Origin: an uncultured Gemmatimonadales bacterium
GTDB lineage: Bacteria > Gemmatimonadota > Gemmatimonadetes > Gemmatimonadales > GWC2-71-9
DNA: 64,000 nt
Direction: 5' to 3'
Assembly (NCBI GenBank): GCA_963779755.1
Contig: CAVZZO010000003.1
Location: 928,001-992,000, forward strand
A program made the translations under genes and the position numbers. The notes under the pieces are model-generated. The model was not told the DNA's origin. It did not search any database and saw only the letters and a list, made by a program, of their open reading frames with translations. Below are positions 32,933-42,387 of this stretch, one piece after another. How positions within the stretch are numbered: position 1 is the stretch's first letter; each line of letters opens with the position of its first letter.

Positions 32933-32950
32933 TTGTGAAAAATATCACAA
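32933..32950. promoter_or_regulatory. Rex/CRP-type palindromic operator upstream of atpA
   Basis: TTGTGAAAAATATCACAA: one mismatch to Rex TTGTGAA-N4-TTCACAA, perfect CRP core TGTGA-N6-TCACA. Confidence 0.7.
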
Positions 32951-32994
32951 TCCCTTCATCGCCGCCACCCCTGCCCCCCCCTCAACCGCTTCCC

Positions 32995-33128
32995 CGGGAT
33001 GAGGAATCAGGAATCAGGGACAACGGGCGGTCTAATGTAGCGAGTCGGCAGGGATTTCGGGTGGTAGGAACCAGAGACCACGCGCACATTGCCCTTCATT
33101 CCCGATTCCCGATTCCTCCATCCCTGAT
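32995..33128. repeat. Inverted heptamer arms (GGAATCA / TTCCCGA) flanking a unique core
   Basis: gggatgaggaatcaggaatcaggg ... attcccgattcccgattcctccatccc. Confidence 0.75.
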
Positions 33129-33145
33129 TATATACCACCGGCTCA

Positions 33146-34918
33146 ATGAACCGGATCGATTTCAGAACGGCGGCGCGCGCCGTCCCACTCACCGTCAACC
33201 GCATGAGCGACCGGCTGGTCCAGTTGCTCATCCGTCTGGGCATCGGCGAGCACACCCTCCTGCTCGCCATCGCGGCCCTGGTCGGGGTTCTTGCCGGCTT
33301 CGCCATCGTCGGGTTCTACCGGCTGATCGATCTGGGTACGGCGCTGGTCCAGCATATCGCGGTATGGCTCAGCCTGCCCGAGGCCCTGGTGACCGGCGTG
33401 ATGATCGCCGCCGGGCTGGCCATTGTCCGGGTCATCATCCGCTACGGCACTCATGACAGCCCGGGCGAAAACATCCCGGACGTCATGCACGCGGTGGCCC
33501 GCCGGGGCGGCATCCTCAAACCCTGGCCGGTGGCCCTCAAGATCATTGCGGCCGCCATCACCATCGCCAGCGGCGGCTCGGTCGGGGCGGAAGGCCCGGT
33601 CGCGGTACTGGGCGCCGGCATGGGCAGCGCCACCGGGCAATGGTTCAACTTCCGCACCAACCGGCTCCGGCTCCTGGTAGGCTGCGGCGCGGCGGCCGGC
33701 ATCTCCGGCGCATTCGGCGCCCCGATCGGGGGCGTTTTCTTTGCCATCGAGAAGATCCTGGGCGGCTACCGGACCACCTCCCTTGCCGCCATCGTGGTCT
33801 CCAGCGTTTCCGCCGCCGCGGTGACCCGCAACCTGCTCGGCGCCGACCAGGTCATCCGCATCCCGGTAGCGTACGTCGTCCGCACCAACAGCGACCTGGC
33901 GATCTACGCGCTGGTGGGCCTCCTGGGCGGCATCGTATCGGTGCTCTACAACCGCGGCGTCTGGCGGCTGGGCGACCTGCTGGGCAAGCTGCCCGAGTGG
34001 TGGCGGCTCCTGCTGGCGGCGGCCCTGGTGGGGCTGCTCAGCGCCCAGTTCGATCCCGCCCTCTGGGGCCGGGGCCACCAGAGCCTCGACCTCGGCGCCG
34101 TGCTGGGCAACTCGGCCGGCGTGCTCTTCGCGCTGTCCATGGCCAAGATCGCCGCCACGGCACTCACCCTGGGCGGCGGCGGCGTGGGCGGGGTATTCAC
34201 GCCGGCGCTGGTGGTGGGCGGCACCTTCGGCAGCGCCATCGGTGTCGCCCTCGCCACCCTGTTCCCCCAGGCCGGCATTCAGCCGGTCGCGTTCGGCCTG
34301 GTGGGCATGGCCGCGGTGGTGGCGGGCTCGGCCCATGCGCCGCTCACGGCGATTTTCATCGTTCTGGAGATCACCAACGATTACGGGCTGATCCTGCCCC
34401 TGCTGCTGGCGGGAAGCCTGGCGTATGTGGTGGCGCGGCGAATATACCCGGAATCCATTTACTCCGAATGGCTGGCGCGTCGCGGCGAGTATATCAGCCA
34501 CGGCGCCGACGAAGCCGTGTTGCGCCAGCTTACGGTGGCCGACGCTTACCGCAGCGACCCGATCATCGCCCATGCCGATGAAACGGTGGAACGCTCGCTG
34601 TCGGTGCTGCGGCACAGCGGCCAGCTGGAATTCCCGGTGGTGGATTCCGAGAACGTCCTCATCGGCGTGCTCACCTGGACCGACATCAAGAAGATGCTGG
34701 CCGACTATACCAAGCAGGCCAACGTCCGGATCCGCGACCTGGCCAGCCCGACCATCGAAGGCGTCACCCTGGACGATTCGCTCCTCACCGCCCTGCGCCG
34801 GTTGGGCGCCCGCGACGCCCAGCTGCTTCCGGTGGTGGACGCGCACGCGCCCAACCACCTCCGGGGCGTCATCGGCCGGGGCGAGATCTTCGCGGCCTAC
34901 GAGCGCGAGCTGGGGTAG
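33146..34918 (+). CDS. ClC family chloride channel/antiporter with two CBS domains
   Basis: GENIP (GSGIP-like), GAEGP, FGAPIGG, GGVFTP, AHAPLT; C-terminal CBS pair. Confidence 0.93.
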   Translation: MNRIDFRTAARAVPLTVNRMSDRLVQLLIRLGIGEHTLLLAIAALVGVLAGFAIVGFYRLIDLGTALVQHIAVWLSLPEALVTGVMIAAGLAIVRVIIRYGTHDSPGENIPDVMHAVARRGGILKPWPVALKIIAAAITIASGGSVGAEGPVAVLGAGMGSATGQWFNFRTNRLRLLVGCGAAAGISGAFGAPIGGVFFAIEKILGGYRTTSLAAIVVSSVSAAAVTRNLLGADQVIRIPVAYVVRTNSDLAIYALVGLLGGIVSVLYNRGVWRLGDLLGKLPEWWRLLLAAALVGLLSAQFDPALWGRGHQSLDLGAVLGNSAGVLFALSMAKIAATALTLGGGGVGGVFTPALVVGGTFGSAIGVALATLFPQAGIQPVAFGLVGMAAVVAGSAHAPLTAIFIVLEITNDYGLILPLLLAGSLAYVVARRIYPESIYSEWLARRGEYISHGADEAVLRQLTVADAYRSDPIIAHADETVERSLSVLRHSGQLEFPVVDSENVLIGVLTWTDIKKMLADYTKQANVRIRDLASPTIEGVTLDDSLLTALRRLGARDAQLLPVVDAHAPNHLRGVIGRGEIFAAYERELG

Positions 34919-34920
34919 GG

Positions 34921-35012
34921 GCCGTTCCTCGACGACCTCGACCCCTTCGACCCCTTCGACCCCCACAGGCAGGTGGAGAGGGTCGAGACGGTCAAGGGGG
35001 TCGAGGAACGGC
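34921..35012. repeat. Inverted nonamer arms (TTCGACCCC) with 12-bp perfect terminal inverted repeat
   Basis: gccgttcctcga ... tcgaggaacggc; between convergent genes. Confidence 0.85.
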
Positions 35013-35014
35013 TC

Positions 35015-35776
35015 CTATCTGCTTCGCATCTTCCCTTTCACAAATCCCGCCAGCACTCCCGCGGGCCCCAGGGCGCCCAGGCGGCTCGCGGCCCGGCCGC
35101 ACACGCGCCGGGCGGTGGCGCTGAGATGGCTGGCCGAAGTGAAATGCAGCAACCGGGCGACATCGGCCGCGCTATAGGCAAGACTGGCCAGAAGCTGCGC
35201 GGCACAGACCACCCGGGTGAGATCGATCACCCGCTTGAGATGCGGGGCGCCGCCGGCGGCGAACTGGCGGGAGAGGTGCTCGCGGGAGACCCTCAGCGTG
35301 CGCGCCACTTCCCGGGTGCGCAGCGGCCGCTCGACCCTGGTGACCAGCAGCTCCCAGACGGACTGCTGCAGCGGCTCGGTGAGCCGAAGCATCCGCGGCG
35401 CCGCCGCCAGTGCCCGCCGGCGCAGGCCGGTGAGGGCGATCCGCTGCACCAGATGGGGGAGCACGGCGTCGTCCACACCGGCCACCGCCACCCCGGCAAT
35501 CTCCCGCCACGAGGCGAAAAGCTGCGCGCCGTCATCCGGCCGGAAGGCCCCATAGAGCACCACCGGCAGATGGCCCCAGCGCCGGCGCAGGTCCCGCAGC
35601 GCTGCCGGTGGCAGGGTGTGCGGACTGGCAATGAGCGCTTCCACGATCCCATCGGCCAGCCGCCGTTCCAGCGCCGCCGCCGAGCGGCAGGCGGAGACGC
35701 GCAGCCCCGTCTTGCGTAGCGCCAGCCGAAGCTCGGGAGGGGCGGGAGTGTCGAGGAGGGTGGCGTAGAGGGGCAT
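35015..35776 (-). CDS. AraC-family transcriptional regulator
   Basis: VARTLRVSREHLSRQF and VARLLHFTSASHLS HTH pair. Confidence 0.82.
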   Translation of the reverse strand: MPLYATLLDTPAPPELRLALRKTGLRVSACRSAAALERRLADGIVEALIASPHTLPPAALRDLRRRWGHLPVVLYGAFRPDDGAQLFASWREIAGVAVAGVDDAVLPHLVQRIALTGLRRRALAAAPRMLRLTEPLQQSVWELLVTRVERPLRTREVARTLRVSREHLSRQFAAGGAPHLKRVIDLTRVVCAAQLLASLAYSAADVARLLHFTSASHLSATARRVCGRAASRLGALGPAGVLAGFVKGKMRSR

Positions 35777-35843
35777 GGCCCCTACCGGCAGGATCGTGCA
35801 GGGGTCGAAGACCGAAGGTCGAAGGTCGGCTCTTGACCCGGAA

Positions 35844-36332
35844 TCATTCCGTCCGCGGGGCGGCGACCGGCTGCCGGGGACGGCCCGCCCCGACGGCCAC
35901 CAGCGTCCGGCACATCTCGCCGGCGCGGCGGAGCACGCCCCGGGCGTTGTCGTAGCTCAGCAGTTCCTGCGCCGCCTCGAAGCTGCACCAGCGGCAGGCG
36001 GTGATCCCTTCCTCCGCCTGTGGCGCCGGCTCGCCCCGGGGGCTCTCCAGCAGAAAGAAATGGCAGTACTTGTGGATCAGGCGGCCGCGGAAGCGGAAGT
36101 ACCAGTCGATGATCCGGATGGGGCCGTGGAGGGTAAGCTCGATCAGGCCGGTTTCCTCGGTGGTTTCGCGCACCGCGGCCACGGCCGGCGACTCGCCGTC
36201 TTCCAGGTGGCCCTTGGGGAAGCCCCAGTTGTCGTAGGCATCGCGAATGAGGAGCACGCGGAACTCGCGCCCCTCCCGGCGGAACACGATGCCGCCGGCG
36301 CTGACCTCGCGTTGCGCATGCCGCTTGCCCAT
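35844..36332 (-). CDS. NUDIX hydrolase (Ap4A hydrolase-like)
   Basis: WGFPKGHLEDGESPAVAAVRETTEETGL Nudix box. Confidence 0.92.
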   Translation of the reverse strand: MGKRHAQREVSAGGIVFRREGREFRVLLIRDAYDNWGFPKGHLEDGESPAVAAVRETTEETGLIELTLHGPIRIIDWYFRFRGRLIHKYCHFFLLESPRGEPAPQAEEGITACRWCSFEAAQELLSYDNARGVLRRAGEMCRTLVAVGAGRPRQPVAAPRTE

Positions 36333-37339
36333 CAGAAGACCGAGAACTTGAAGTACTTGCGGGGATTGGCCTGGATGTCGGCGATGAGCTTCCGCAGCTC
36401 CACCACTGCGAGCGTGGTCTGCTGGTAGAGCGCCGAGTCGGCCGAGAGCATGCCGAGGGTCCCCTGCCCGGCCTCAATCCGGGAGAAGGTGGAATCGGCC
36501 GCGGCGAGCACCCGGACCACGCTCACGTCGTTGGCTCGAAGCGTCGCCGCCAGCGCCCGGAGATCGGCCGCGGTCTGCCGCAGGTTGACGGCGATGTCCC
36601 GGGTGGAGTTCATGATTTCGCCCAGTTGCCCCTCCTCGGTGGCGGAATCGACTCGAGCCAGGGTCCGGTCGAGGCTGCGGGAGGCGCCCTGAAAGGAGTG
36701 GGCGCTGGCGGTCACCTGCTGGGTCAACTGGTCCATGCTGCCGGACTGGCGCTGCACGAACGCCCGCAACTCCTCCGCGATCCCGGAAAAGTCCTTGAGG
36801 GTGCCGCGCAGGTCGGCCACCGCACTGGAATCGAAGGTGTTCTCCACCCGGTCGGCCAGGGCGGCGATGTCGCTGGCGATCCGGCTGGCCTGGGCGGTCA
36901 GCTGGCCCACATCGGGGAGGGTGGCGCCGGGCCATTCCGGGCCGCCCGGCCGCGCCGCCTCCAGCAACATGTAGCGCACGGTGGGGTCCTGCTGGGTCTG
37001 GTCGGCGGAGATAATCTCCGCGGCCCACTCGCCAAACAGGCTGGACGAGGCCGCGATCACCGCGGGGCGCGCGGGTAGCTCCACATCGGTGTGGACCTTG
37101 AAATCGGCCTCCACCCAGCCGTCGTCGGTCAGCCGGATGGCCTGCACCCGGCCCACGGTGACGCCGCGCAGGGTGACCGGCGCGCCGACATTGAGCCCGC
37201 CCACCGTCTGGAAGCGCGCGGTGTAGATCCGGTCCTTCTTGCCGATGTTGGTCTGGCTGAGCCAGAGGGCCGCGGCGATCACCAGGATGATCGCCGCCAC
37301 CGCCGACACGCCGACCAGGAATTCGTTGCTCCGCTTCAT
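36332..37339 (-). CDS. mlaD: MCE/MlaD family protein
   Basis: GLNVGAPVTLRGVTVGRV, SSLFGE, C-terminal DIQANPRKY. Confidence 0.88.
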   Translation of the reverse strand: MKRSNEFLVGVSAVAAIILVIAAALWLSQTNIGKKDRIYTARFQTVGGLNVGAPVTLRGVTVGRVQAIRLTDDGWVEADFKVHTDVELPARPAVIAASSSLFGEWAAEIISADQTQQDPTVRYMLLEAARPGGPEWPGATLPDVGQLTAQASRIASDIAALADRVENTFDSSAVADLRGTLKDFSGIAEELRAFVQRQSGSMDQLTQQVTASAHSFQGASRSLDRTLARVDSATEEGQLGEIMNSTRDIAVNLRQTAADLRALAATLRANDVSVVRVLAAADSTFSRIEAGQGTLGMLSADSALYQQTTLAVVELRKLIADIQANPRKYFKFSVF

Positions 37340-38103
37340 GCCCCCCTCGCCGGCAGAACCGTCTCGGACTCGCTGGGGGGCGTGGGCCGCCCCTCCAGAA
37401 ACTGCCGCACCGCCGGGTCCGTGCTCGCGCGCATCTCCTCCACCGTACCGACCTGCCGGATGGAGCCCTGGTACAGCAGGGCGAGGCGGTCGCCGACGGT
37501 GAAAGCGCTGCGGAGGTCGTGAGTCACCACCAGGCTGGTGATCGCCAGCTCCCGCCGCGTCGTCACCATGAGCTGGTCGATGACCGCCGCGGTCACGGGA
37601 TCGAGGCCGGTGGTCGGCTCGTCGTACAGAATGTAGCGCGGCCGGAGCGCGATCGCGCGGGCGATGCCCACCCGCTTGCGCATCCCGCCCGACAGCTCGG
37701 CCGGGTAGCGGTCGTCGGCCCCGGCCAGATCCACCCGTGCCAGGCTTTCGCGGATGCGCTCCCGTATGGTCTCATCGTCCAGGCCGCGCCGGGCGAGGCC
37801 CAGACGGATGTTCTCCGCCACGGTCATGGAATCGAAGAGGGCGGCAAACTGGAACACCACCCCGATCTCCCCCCGGAGCGCGGACAGGTCGTCCCGCCCC
37901 AGCTCGTGCACCACGCGGTCGTCCACCAGCACCCGGCCCGCATCCGGGGTGAGCAACCCGCAGGCCAGCTTGAGGGCGACGCTCTTGCCGGTACCGGAAT
38001 AGCCCAGCAGCACCAGCGCCTCGCCGTCCCGCACCGTGAGGTCGAAGCCGTCGAGCACCACCTTGGGGCCGAAGGCCTTGGCGACGCGGTCGAAGACGAT
38101 CAC
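37336..38103 (-). CDS. mlaF: MlaF-type ABC ATPase
   Basis: GYSGTGKS, LSGGMRKR, LYDEPTTGLDP; GTG start overlapping mlaE stop. Confidence 0.9.
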   Translation of the reverse strand: MIVFDRVAKAFGPKVVLDGFDLTVRDGEALVLLGYSGTGKSVALKLACGLLTPDAGRVLVDDRVVHELGRDDLSALRGEIGVVFQFAALFDSMTVAENIRLGLARRGLDDETIRERIRESLARVDLAGADDRYPAELSGGMRKRVGIARAIALRPRYILYDEPTTGLDPVTAAVIDQLMVTTRRELAITSLVVTHDLRSAFTVGDRLALLYQGSIRQVGTVEEMRASTDPAVRQFLEGRPTPPSESETVLPARGA

Positions 38104-38861
38104 AACAGCACCAGCGCCCAGAATGCGTCCAGCACCAGGATCGCCTCGCAGGCGATCACCACCGCCCGGGTGGTGGAGCGGCCCACCCCCTCCGCACCGC
38201 CGCGGGTGGCCAGGCCCATGAAGCAGCCCGCGAGGGTGACGGCCGCGCCGAAGCTCGCGCTCTTCAGCAGCCCGAACCACACGTCCTTGAACTGGTAGAA
38301 GATGCGAAGCCCCTTGACGAACTCGGGCGTGGAGAGGTCGAGCAGATTGACCGCCGTAACCCAGCCGGCCGCGACCCCCACGGCCATGGCGAAGGCCGTA
38401 ATCACCGGGAACATGAGCGTGCCGGCCAGGACACGGGGGACGACGAGGTAGGCAATGGGATCGTAGGCCAGGGTTTCCAGCGCATCCACCTGCTCGGTGA
38501 CGCGCATGGTGCCCACCTCGGCGGCGATGTTGGCCCCCACCCGGCCGGCCAGCGCGAGGCCGGTCAGGACCGGCCCCAGCTCCATCATGATGGTCTTGCC
38601 CACCAGGGCCCCGACAAAGTAGAGGGGGACCGCCCCGGTGAAGATGTAGGAGGAGAGCAGGGCCAGCACGATGCCGGTAAAGACCGCGATGAAAAGCGCG
38701 ATCGGCACCGAGTCCACTCCCAACCGCCGCATTTGCGCGATGAGGAGAGGAGCCCACGTAGTGATATCGCTGAGAGCGCGGACCGCGTCGATGATCCCCG
38801 CACCCAAGCGGGTGAGGACACCGCGCGGCCCGCCCGGGCGTGCGGCCAGAGCCGTGGTCAC
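38100..38861 (-). CDS. mlaE: MlaE-type ABC permease
   Basis: ELGPVLTGL, AAEVGTMRVTEQVDAL, GGAEGVGRSTTRAVV. Confidence 0.92.
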   Translation of the reverse strand: MTTALAARPGGPRGVLTRLGAGIIDAVRALSDITTWAPLLIAQMRRLGVDSVPIALFIAVFTGIVLALLSSYIFTGAVPLYFVGALVGKTIMMELGPVLTGLALAGRVGANIAAEVGTMRVTEQVDALETLAYDPIAYLVVPRVLAGTLMFPVITAFAMAVGVAAGWVTAVNLLDLSTPEFVKGLRIFYQFKDVWFGLLKSASFGAAVTLAGCFMGLATRGGAEGVGRSTTRAVVIACEAILVLDAFWALVLL

Positions 38862-38893
38862 CCGGGGAAGTTACGGGATCGCCGGAAGGGTGT

Positions 38894-38935
38894 AAAGAAC
38901 GGGAAGAGGGAAAGGGGAAGAGGGGAACGGGCAAG
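38894..38935. repeat. Degenerate purine-rich heptamer run (GGGAAxA-type)
   Basis: aagaacgggaagagggaaaggggaagaggggaacgggcaag. Confidence 0.55.
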
Positions 38936-38937
38936 GC

Positions 38938-40023
38938 TCAGGCCGCGAAGCTGGCCAGCGCCCTCCCCACGTCGCCCTCGCGCAGCCGCTTGAGCGCCCG
39001 GTCGCGCAGCTGGCGCACGCGCTCGCGGGTGACGCCCAGCATGCCGCCGATCTCTTCCAGGGTGTGTTCCCGCCCGCCGTCGAGGCCGAAGTAGAGCCGC
39101 AGGACCCTGGCATCGCGCGGCGGCAGGGTGGCCAGGGCGGTTTCGATCTCTTCGGAGAGGAACCGATCCATGGCTTCTTCTTCGGCATCGCCCTGGTCCT
39201 CGGCGATGAAGCGGTCGATCAGGGAGCGGTCGCCCTCGGGATCGAGGGGCGCGTCGAGCCGGACGTCGGCGGTATTGAGCGCCGCCAGCGACTGCACCAC
39301 GTCCAGCGACAGCCCGGTGCTGTGCGCGATCTCCTCGGGCGTGGGCTCGCGGCGCAGCTCCTGGCGCAACGCCTCGGAGGTGCGGATGATGCGCGAGAGG
39401 TCGGCCGTGCGGTTGAGCGGGACGCGCACCGTGCGCCCCTGCCGGGCCAGGGAGGCGAGAATCGCCTGGCGGATCCACCACACCGCATAGCTGATGAACT
39501 TGACTCCCTGATCAGGATCGAACTTCCGTGCCGCCGTCATCAGGCCGACGTTGCCCTCCCCGATCAGATCGGTGAGGGCCAGGCCGCGGTTCTGGTACTT
39601 CTTGGCCACGGAAATGACGAAGCGGAGATTGCGCTTGACCAGTTCCTGCATCGCCTCCTGGTCGCCCGACTGCACCCGTCGGGCGATGGCGATCTCCTGC
39701 GGCTGGGTCAGCAGGGGCGTCTTGCTGACTTCGTAGAGATACTGGTCGAGGATGTCGCGATCGGCATCGTAGACGCCCAGGCTCCTGGCCGTCTCCCGCT
39801 TGGCCTTGCGCTTGCGGGGCGAGGGGATGTCGCGCAGGATATCCGCCAGCGAGGTGCCGTCGGGGAAGCGCACCGCGGATTCCTCGATCGGGGTCATTCC
39901 GCCACCGCCGGGCGTGCCCGCGCCCGAGGCGGGGACCGGCTCCGGCGCGGGCGGCTGCTCTGCGCGGTGGGAGCCGGCGCGACCCGCACCGGACTTGGCA
40001 TCCCTGGAGGACTTCTTTTTCAT
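38938..40023 (-). CDS. RpoD/SigA-family sigma factor lacking region 1.1
   Basis: Regions 1.2 (LDQYLYEV), 2 (NLRFVISVAKKY, KFISYAVWWIRQ), 3, 4 (TLEEIG..LGVTRERVRQ); start uncertain. Confidence 0.92.
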   Translation of the reverse strand: MKKKSSRDAKSGAGRAGSHRAEQPPAPEPVPASGAGTPGGGGMTPIEESAVRFPDGTSLADILRDIPSPRKRKAKRETARSLGVYDADRDILDQYLYEVSKTPLLTQPQEIAIARRVQSGDQEAMQELVKRNLRFVISVAKKYQNRGLALTDLIGEGNVGLMTAARKFDPDQGVKFISYAVWWIRQAILASLARQGRTVRVPLNRTADLSRIIRTSEALRQELRREPTPEEIAHSTGLSLDVVQSLAALNTADVRLDAPLDPEGDRSLIDRFIAEDQGDAEEEAMDRFLSEEIETALATLPPRDARVLRLYFGLDGGREHTLEEIGGMLGVTRERVRQLRDRALKRLREGDVGRALASFAA

Positions 40024-40070
40024 CAAAGGCGTTCCTACTGCGAAACGGATGCCAGAGGGTGCATCCGTGC

Positions 40071-40099
40071 TTGACACTCGTTCAGCCGGAAACTAGCTT
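40071..40099 (+). promoter_or_regulatory. Sigma70-type promoter of tRNA cluster
   Basis: TTGACA-17bp-TAGCTT. Confidence 0.72.
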
Positions 40100-40143
40100 C
40101 TCGTGCTCGCCCGACTCCGCTTTCTCGGGCGCGCTAATATAAT

Positions 40144-40216
40144 GGGGGCGTAGCTCAGTTGGGAGAGCGCGTGAATGGCATTCACGAGGTCAGGGGTTCG
40201 ACCCCCCTCGCCTCCA
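40144..40216 (+). tRNA. tRNA-Ala(GGC)
   Basis: Cloverleaf; anticodon loop ATGGCAT; G3:U70 pair; no encoded CCA. Confidence 0.96.
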
Positions 40217-40264
40217 CTGAGGGCGGATGGGTGGTCAGCCGGTCGGGCAGTCGGTGGATAGCAA

Positions 40265-40293
40265 TTGCATGCCTCAGGCGTGCACGCTAGAAT
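40265..40293 (+). promoter_or_regulatory. Internal promoter before tRNA-Gly
   Basis: TTGCAT-17bp-TAGAAT. Confidence 0.6.
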
Positions 40294-40305
40294 CCCGGTG
40301 GCCAC

Positions 40306-40378
40306 GCGGGAATAGCTCAGTTGGTAGAGCACAACCTTGCCAAGGTTGGGGTCGCGGGTTCGAGTCCCGTTTCCCGCT
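40306..40378 (+). tRNA. tRNA-Gly(GCC)
   Basis: GCGGGAA acceptor, loop TTGCCAA, GTTCGAGTCC. Confidence 0.97.
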
Positions 40379-40416
40379 CTCGCAAGACGGCAGGACGGCA
40401 GGATGGCAGGTAACGG

Positions 40417-40490
40417 CGCGGGGTGGAGCAGTCTGGTAGCTCGCCGGGCTCATAACCCGGAGGTCGTGGGTTCAAATCCCACCCCCGCTA
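40417..40490 (+). tRNA. Initiator tRNA-fMet(CAT)
   Basis: C1 mismatch, three G-C pairs in anticodon stem, loop CTCATAA. Confidence 0.95.
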
Positions 40491-40492
40491 TT

Positions 40493-40580
40493 GGCGGTAA
40501 GGGCGGTACCGGCGGTAAGGGCGGTAGGGAACTCGTTGCGCTGCGACGACGTCTCTACCGCCCTTCCCGCCCCTACCGCC
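40493..40580. repeat. Inverted nonamer arms (GGCGGTAAG / CTACCGCCC) in tRNA spacer
   Basis: Four units left, three right, small hairpin core. Confidence 0.82.
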
Positions 40581-40591
40581 GCGCCCCGCTT

Positions 40592-40665
40592 GGGCGGTTA
40601 GCTCAGTTGGTTAGAGCGCCACGTTGACATCGTGGAGGCCACAAGTTCGAGTCTTGTACCGCCCA
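40592..40665 (+). tRNA. tRNA-Val(GAC)
   Basis: Stem CCACG/CGTGG, loop TTGACAT. Confidence 0.96.
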
Positions 40666-40666
40666 T

Positions 40667-40740
40667 GCGCTCTTAGCTCAATTGGATAGAGCATCTGACT
40701 ACGGATCAGAAGGTTGGGGGTTCGAGTCCCTCAGAGCGCG
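40667..40740 (+). tRNA. tRNA-Arg(ACG)
   Basis: Stem TCTGA/TCAGA, loop CTACGGA. Confidence 0.96.
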
Positions 40741-41052
40741 CTTGACGCGGCACTCGTGTAACTGACGCCCCGGGGCCACAGCGGAAGCCACGGCCCCGGG
40801 GGTGCGTGGCTTCCGGACAGCGCGACGGACGGCTACCGGCCGCGCTCATCGGATGACGAACGCAGCCGGCCAGGGGGTTATCCCCCAACCGGGGGCCCCA
40901 CCGCGCTTCGCGTTTTCCTGTCCCGCTGTTTTCCCGAAGCTTCTTATCCCCTCCCCTGAGACCCTGCAGGCCCGCTACGCCGACCCCCGGTTGATTTCCT
41001 CCCTGAGGCACCGCAGTTTCCGCCCCCGTCAACTCACCCCGGGGCGCCCTCC

Positions 41053-41571
41053 GTGAGCCACACCGTCATCATCATCCTGCGTATCCTGCACATCGGGGCC
41101 GGCGTGTTCTGGGCCGGCGCCGTCTTCTTCCTGGCACGATTCCTGGGGCCCACCGCGGACAAGCTGGGTATCGCCGCGGCCCCGGTGATGCGGGAACTGG
41201 TCGAGGTGCGCCGGCTCAACGCCGCCCTCGCCGGCTCGGCCGTCATCACGGTAGTCGCCGGGACATTACTCTACTGGAACAACGTTGCGGCCTCCCATGG
41301 CGCCTGGGCTCGTTCGAGACCGGGCCAGGTCTTCGGCCTCGGGGCCGCGTGCGCGGTCGTAGCGCTGGTGATCGGCGCAACGGTCAACTCGCCCACCGCT
41401 GCGCGGATGACGAAACTCGTCGCCTCGGTGCAAAGCGCGGGCGACCCACCGTCGGCCGGGCAGCAGGCGGAGATGCAGCGCCTGCAGCGCCGGCTGGCGG
41501 GCGCGACAGGGATCGTGGCGGTCCTGCTTGCGGTGACCGTCCTCGCCATGGCGAGCGCCCGCTACCTGTAA
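41053..41571 (+). CDS. Hypothetical membrane protein (about 4 TM, CopD/DUF2269-like)
   Basis: [15 protein letters not shown]-terminal His motif; hydrophobic helices. Confidence 0.7.
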   Translation: MSHTVIIILRILHIGAGVFWAGAVFFLARFLGPTADKLGIAAAPVMRELVEVRRLNAALAGSAVITVVAGTLLYWNNVAASHGAWARSRPGQVFGLGAACAVVALVIGATVNSPTAARMTKLVASVQSAGDPPSAGQQAEMQRLQRRLAGATGIVAVLLAVTVLAMASARYL

Positions 41572-41594
41572 CAGCGGATCGAAAGGCAGGGATC

Positions 41595-42341
41595 ATGAAA
41601 CGGCTCGTATTGCTGCGGCACGGCGAGAGCGTCTGGAACCGGGAAAACCGCTTCACCGGCTGGACCGACGTCGGCCTGTCGGAAAAGGGCATCGCCGAGG
41701 CGATCCAGGCCGGCGTGACGCTCCGCGACGCGGGCTACCTCTTTGATGTCGCCTACACCTCGGTCCTGAAGCGCGCCATCAAGACCCTCTGGCTCGCGCT
41801 GGAAGAGATGGACCTCATGTGGATCCCGGTGCGCCGCAGCTGGCGACTCAACGAGCGCCACTACGGGGCGCTCCAGGGCCTCAACAAGGCCGAGACGGCG
41901 GAGCAGCACGGCGAAGCCCAGGTGAAGATCTGGCGCCGGAGCTACGACATCCGCCCGCCGGCTCTCACGCCGGACGACCCGCGCTTCCCGGGCAACGATC
42001 CCCGCTACGCGAAGCTGCGGCCCGGCGAGCTGCCGCTCACCGAATGCCTGAAGGACACGGTGGAGCGCTTCCTCCCCTACTGGCACCAGGAGATCGCCCC
42101 GGCGATCGAACGGGGCGACCGGGTGCTGATCGCCGCCCACGGCAACAGCCTCCGGGCACTGATCAAGTACCTGGACAATATCTCGGATGAGGAGATCGTC
42201 GGGCTCAACGTACCCACCGGCATTCCACTGGTCTACGAGCTGAACGACGATCTGACCCCGATCCGGAGCTACTACCTGGGCGACCAGGAGGCGGTGCAGG
42301 CCGCCCAGCAGGCGGTGGCGGCGCAGGGGAAGAAGGCCTAG
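41595..42341 (+). CDS. gpmA: 2,3-bisphosphoglycerate-dependent phosphoglycerate mutase
   Basis: [30 protein letters not shown]. Confidence 0.97.
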   Translation: MKRLVLLRHGESVWNRENRFTGWTDVGLSEKGIAEAIQAGVTLRDAGYLFDVAYTSVLKRAIKTLWLALEEMDLMWIPVRRSWRLNERHYGALQGLNKAETAEQHGEAQVKIWRRSYDIRPPALTPDDPRFPGNDPRYAKLRPGELPLTECLKDTVERFLPYWHQEIAPAIERGDRVLIAAHGNSLRALIKYLDNISDEEIVGLNVPTGIPLVYELNDDLTPIRSYYLGDQEAVQAAQQAVAAQGKKA

Positions 42342-42348
42342 CAACGGG

Positions 42349-42377
42349 TGGCAATAGGCTGGTGCGCCGGTTACATT
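42349..42377 (+). promoter_or_regulatory. Sigma70-type promoter reading into the repeat array and tRNA-Pro
   Basis: TGGCAA-17bp-TACATT. Confidence 0.5.
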
Positions 42378-42387
42378 CCGCGCCCGC

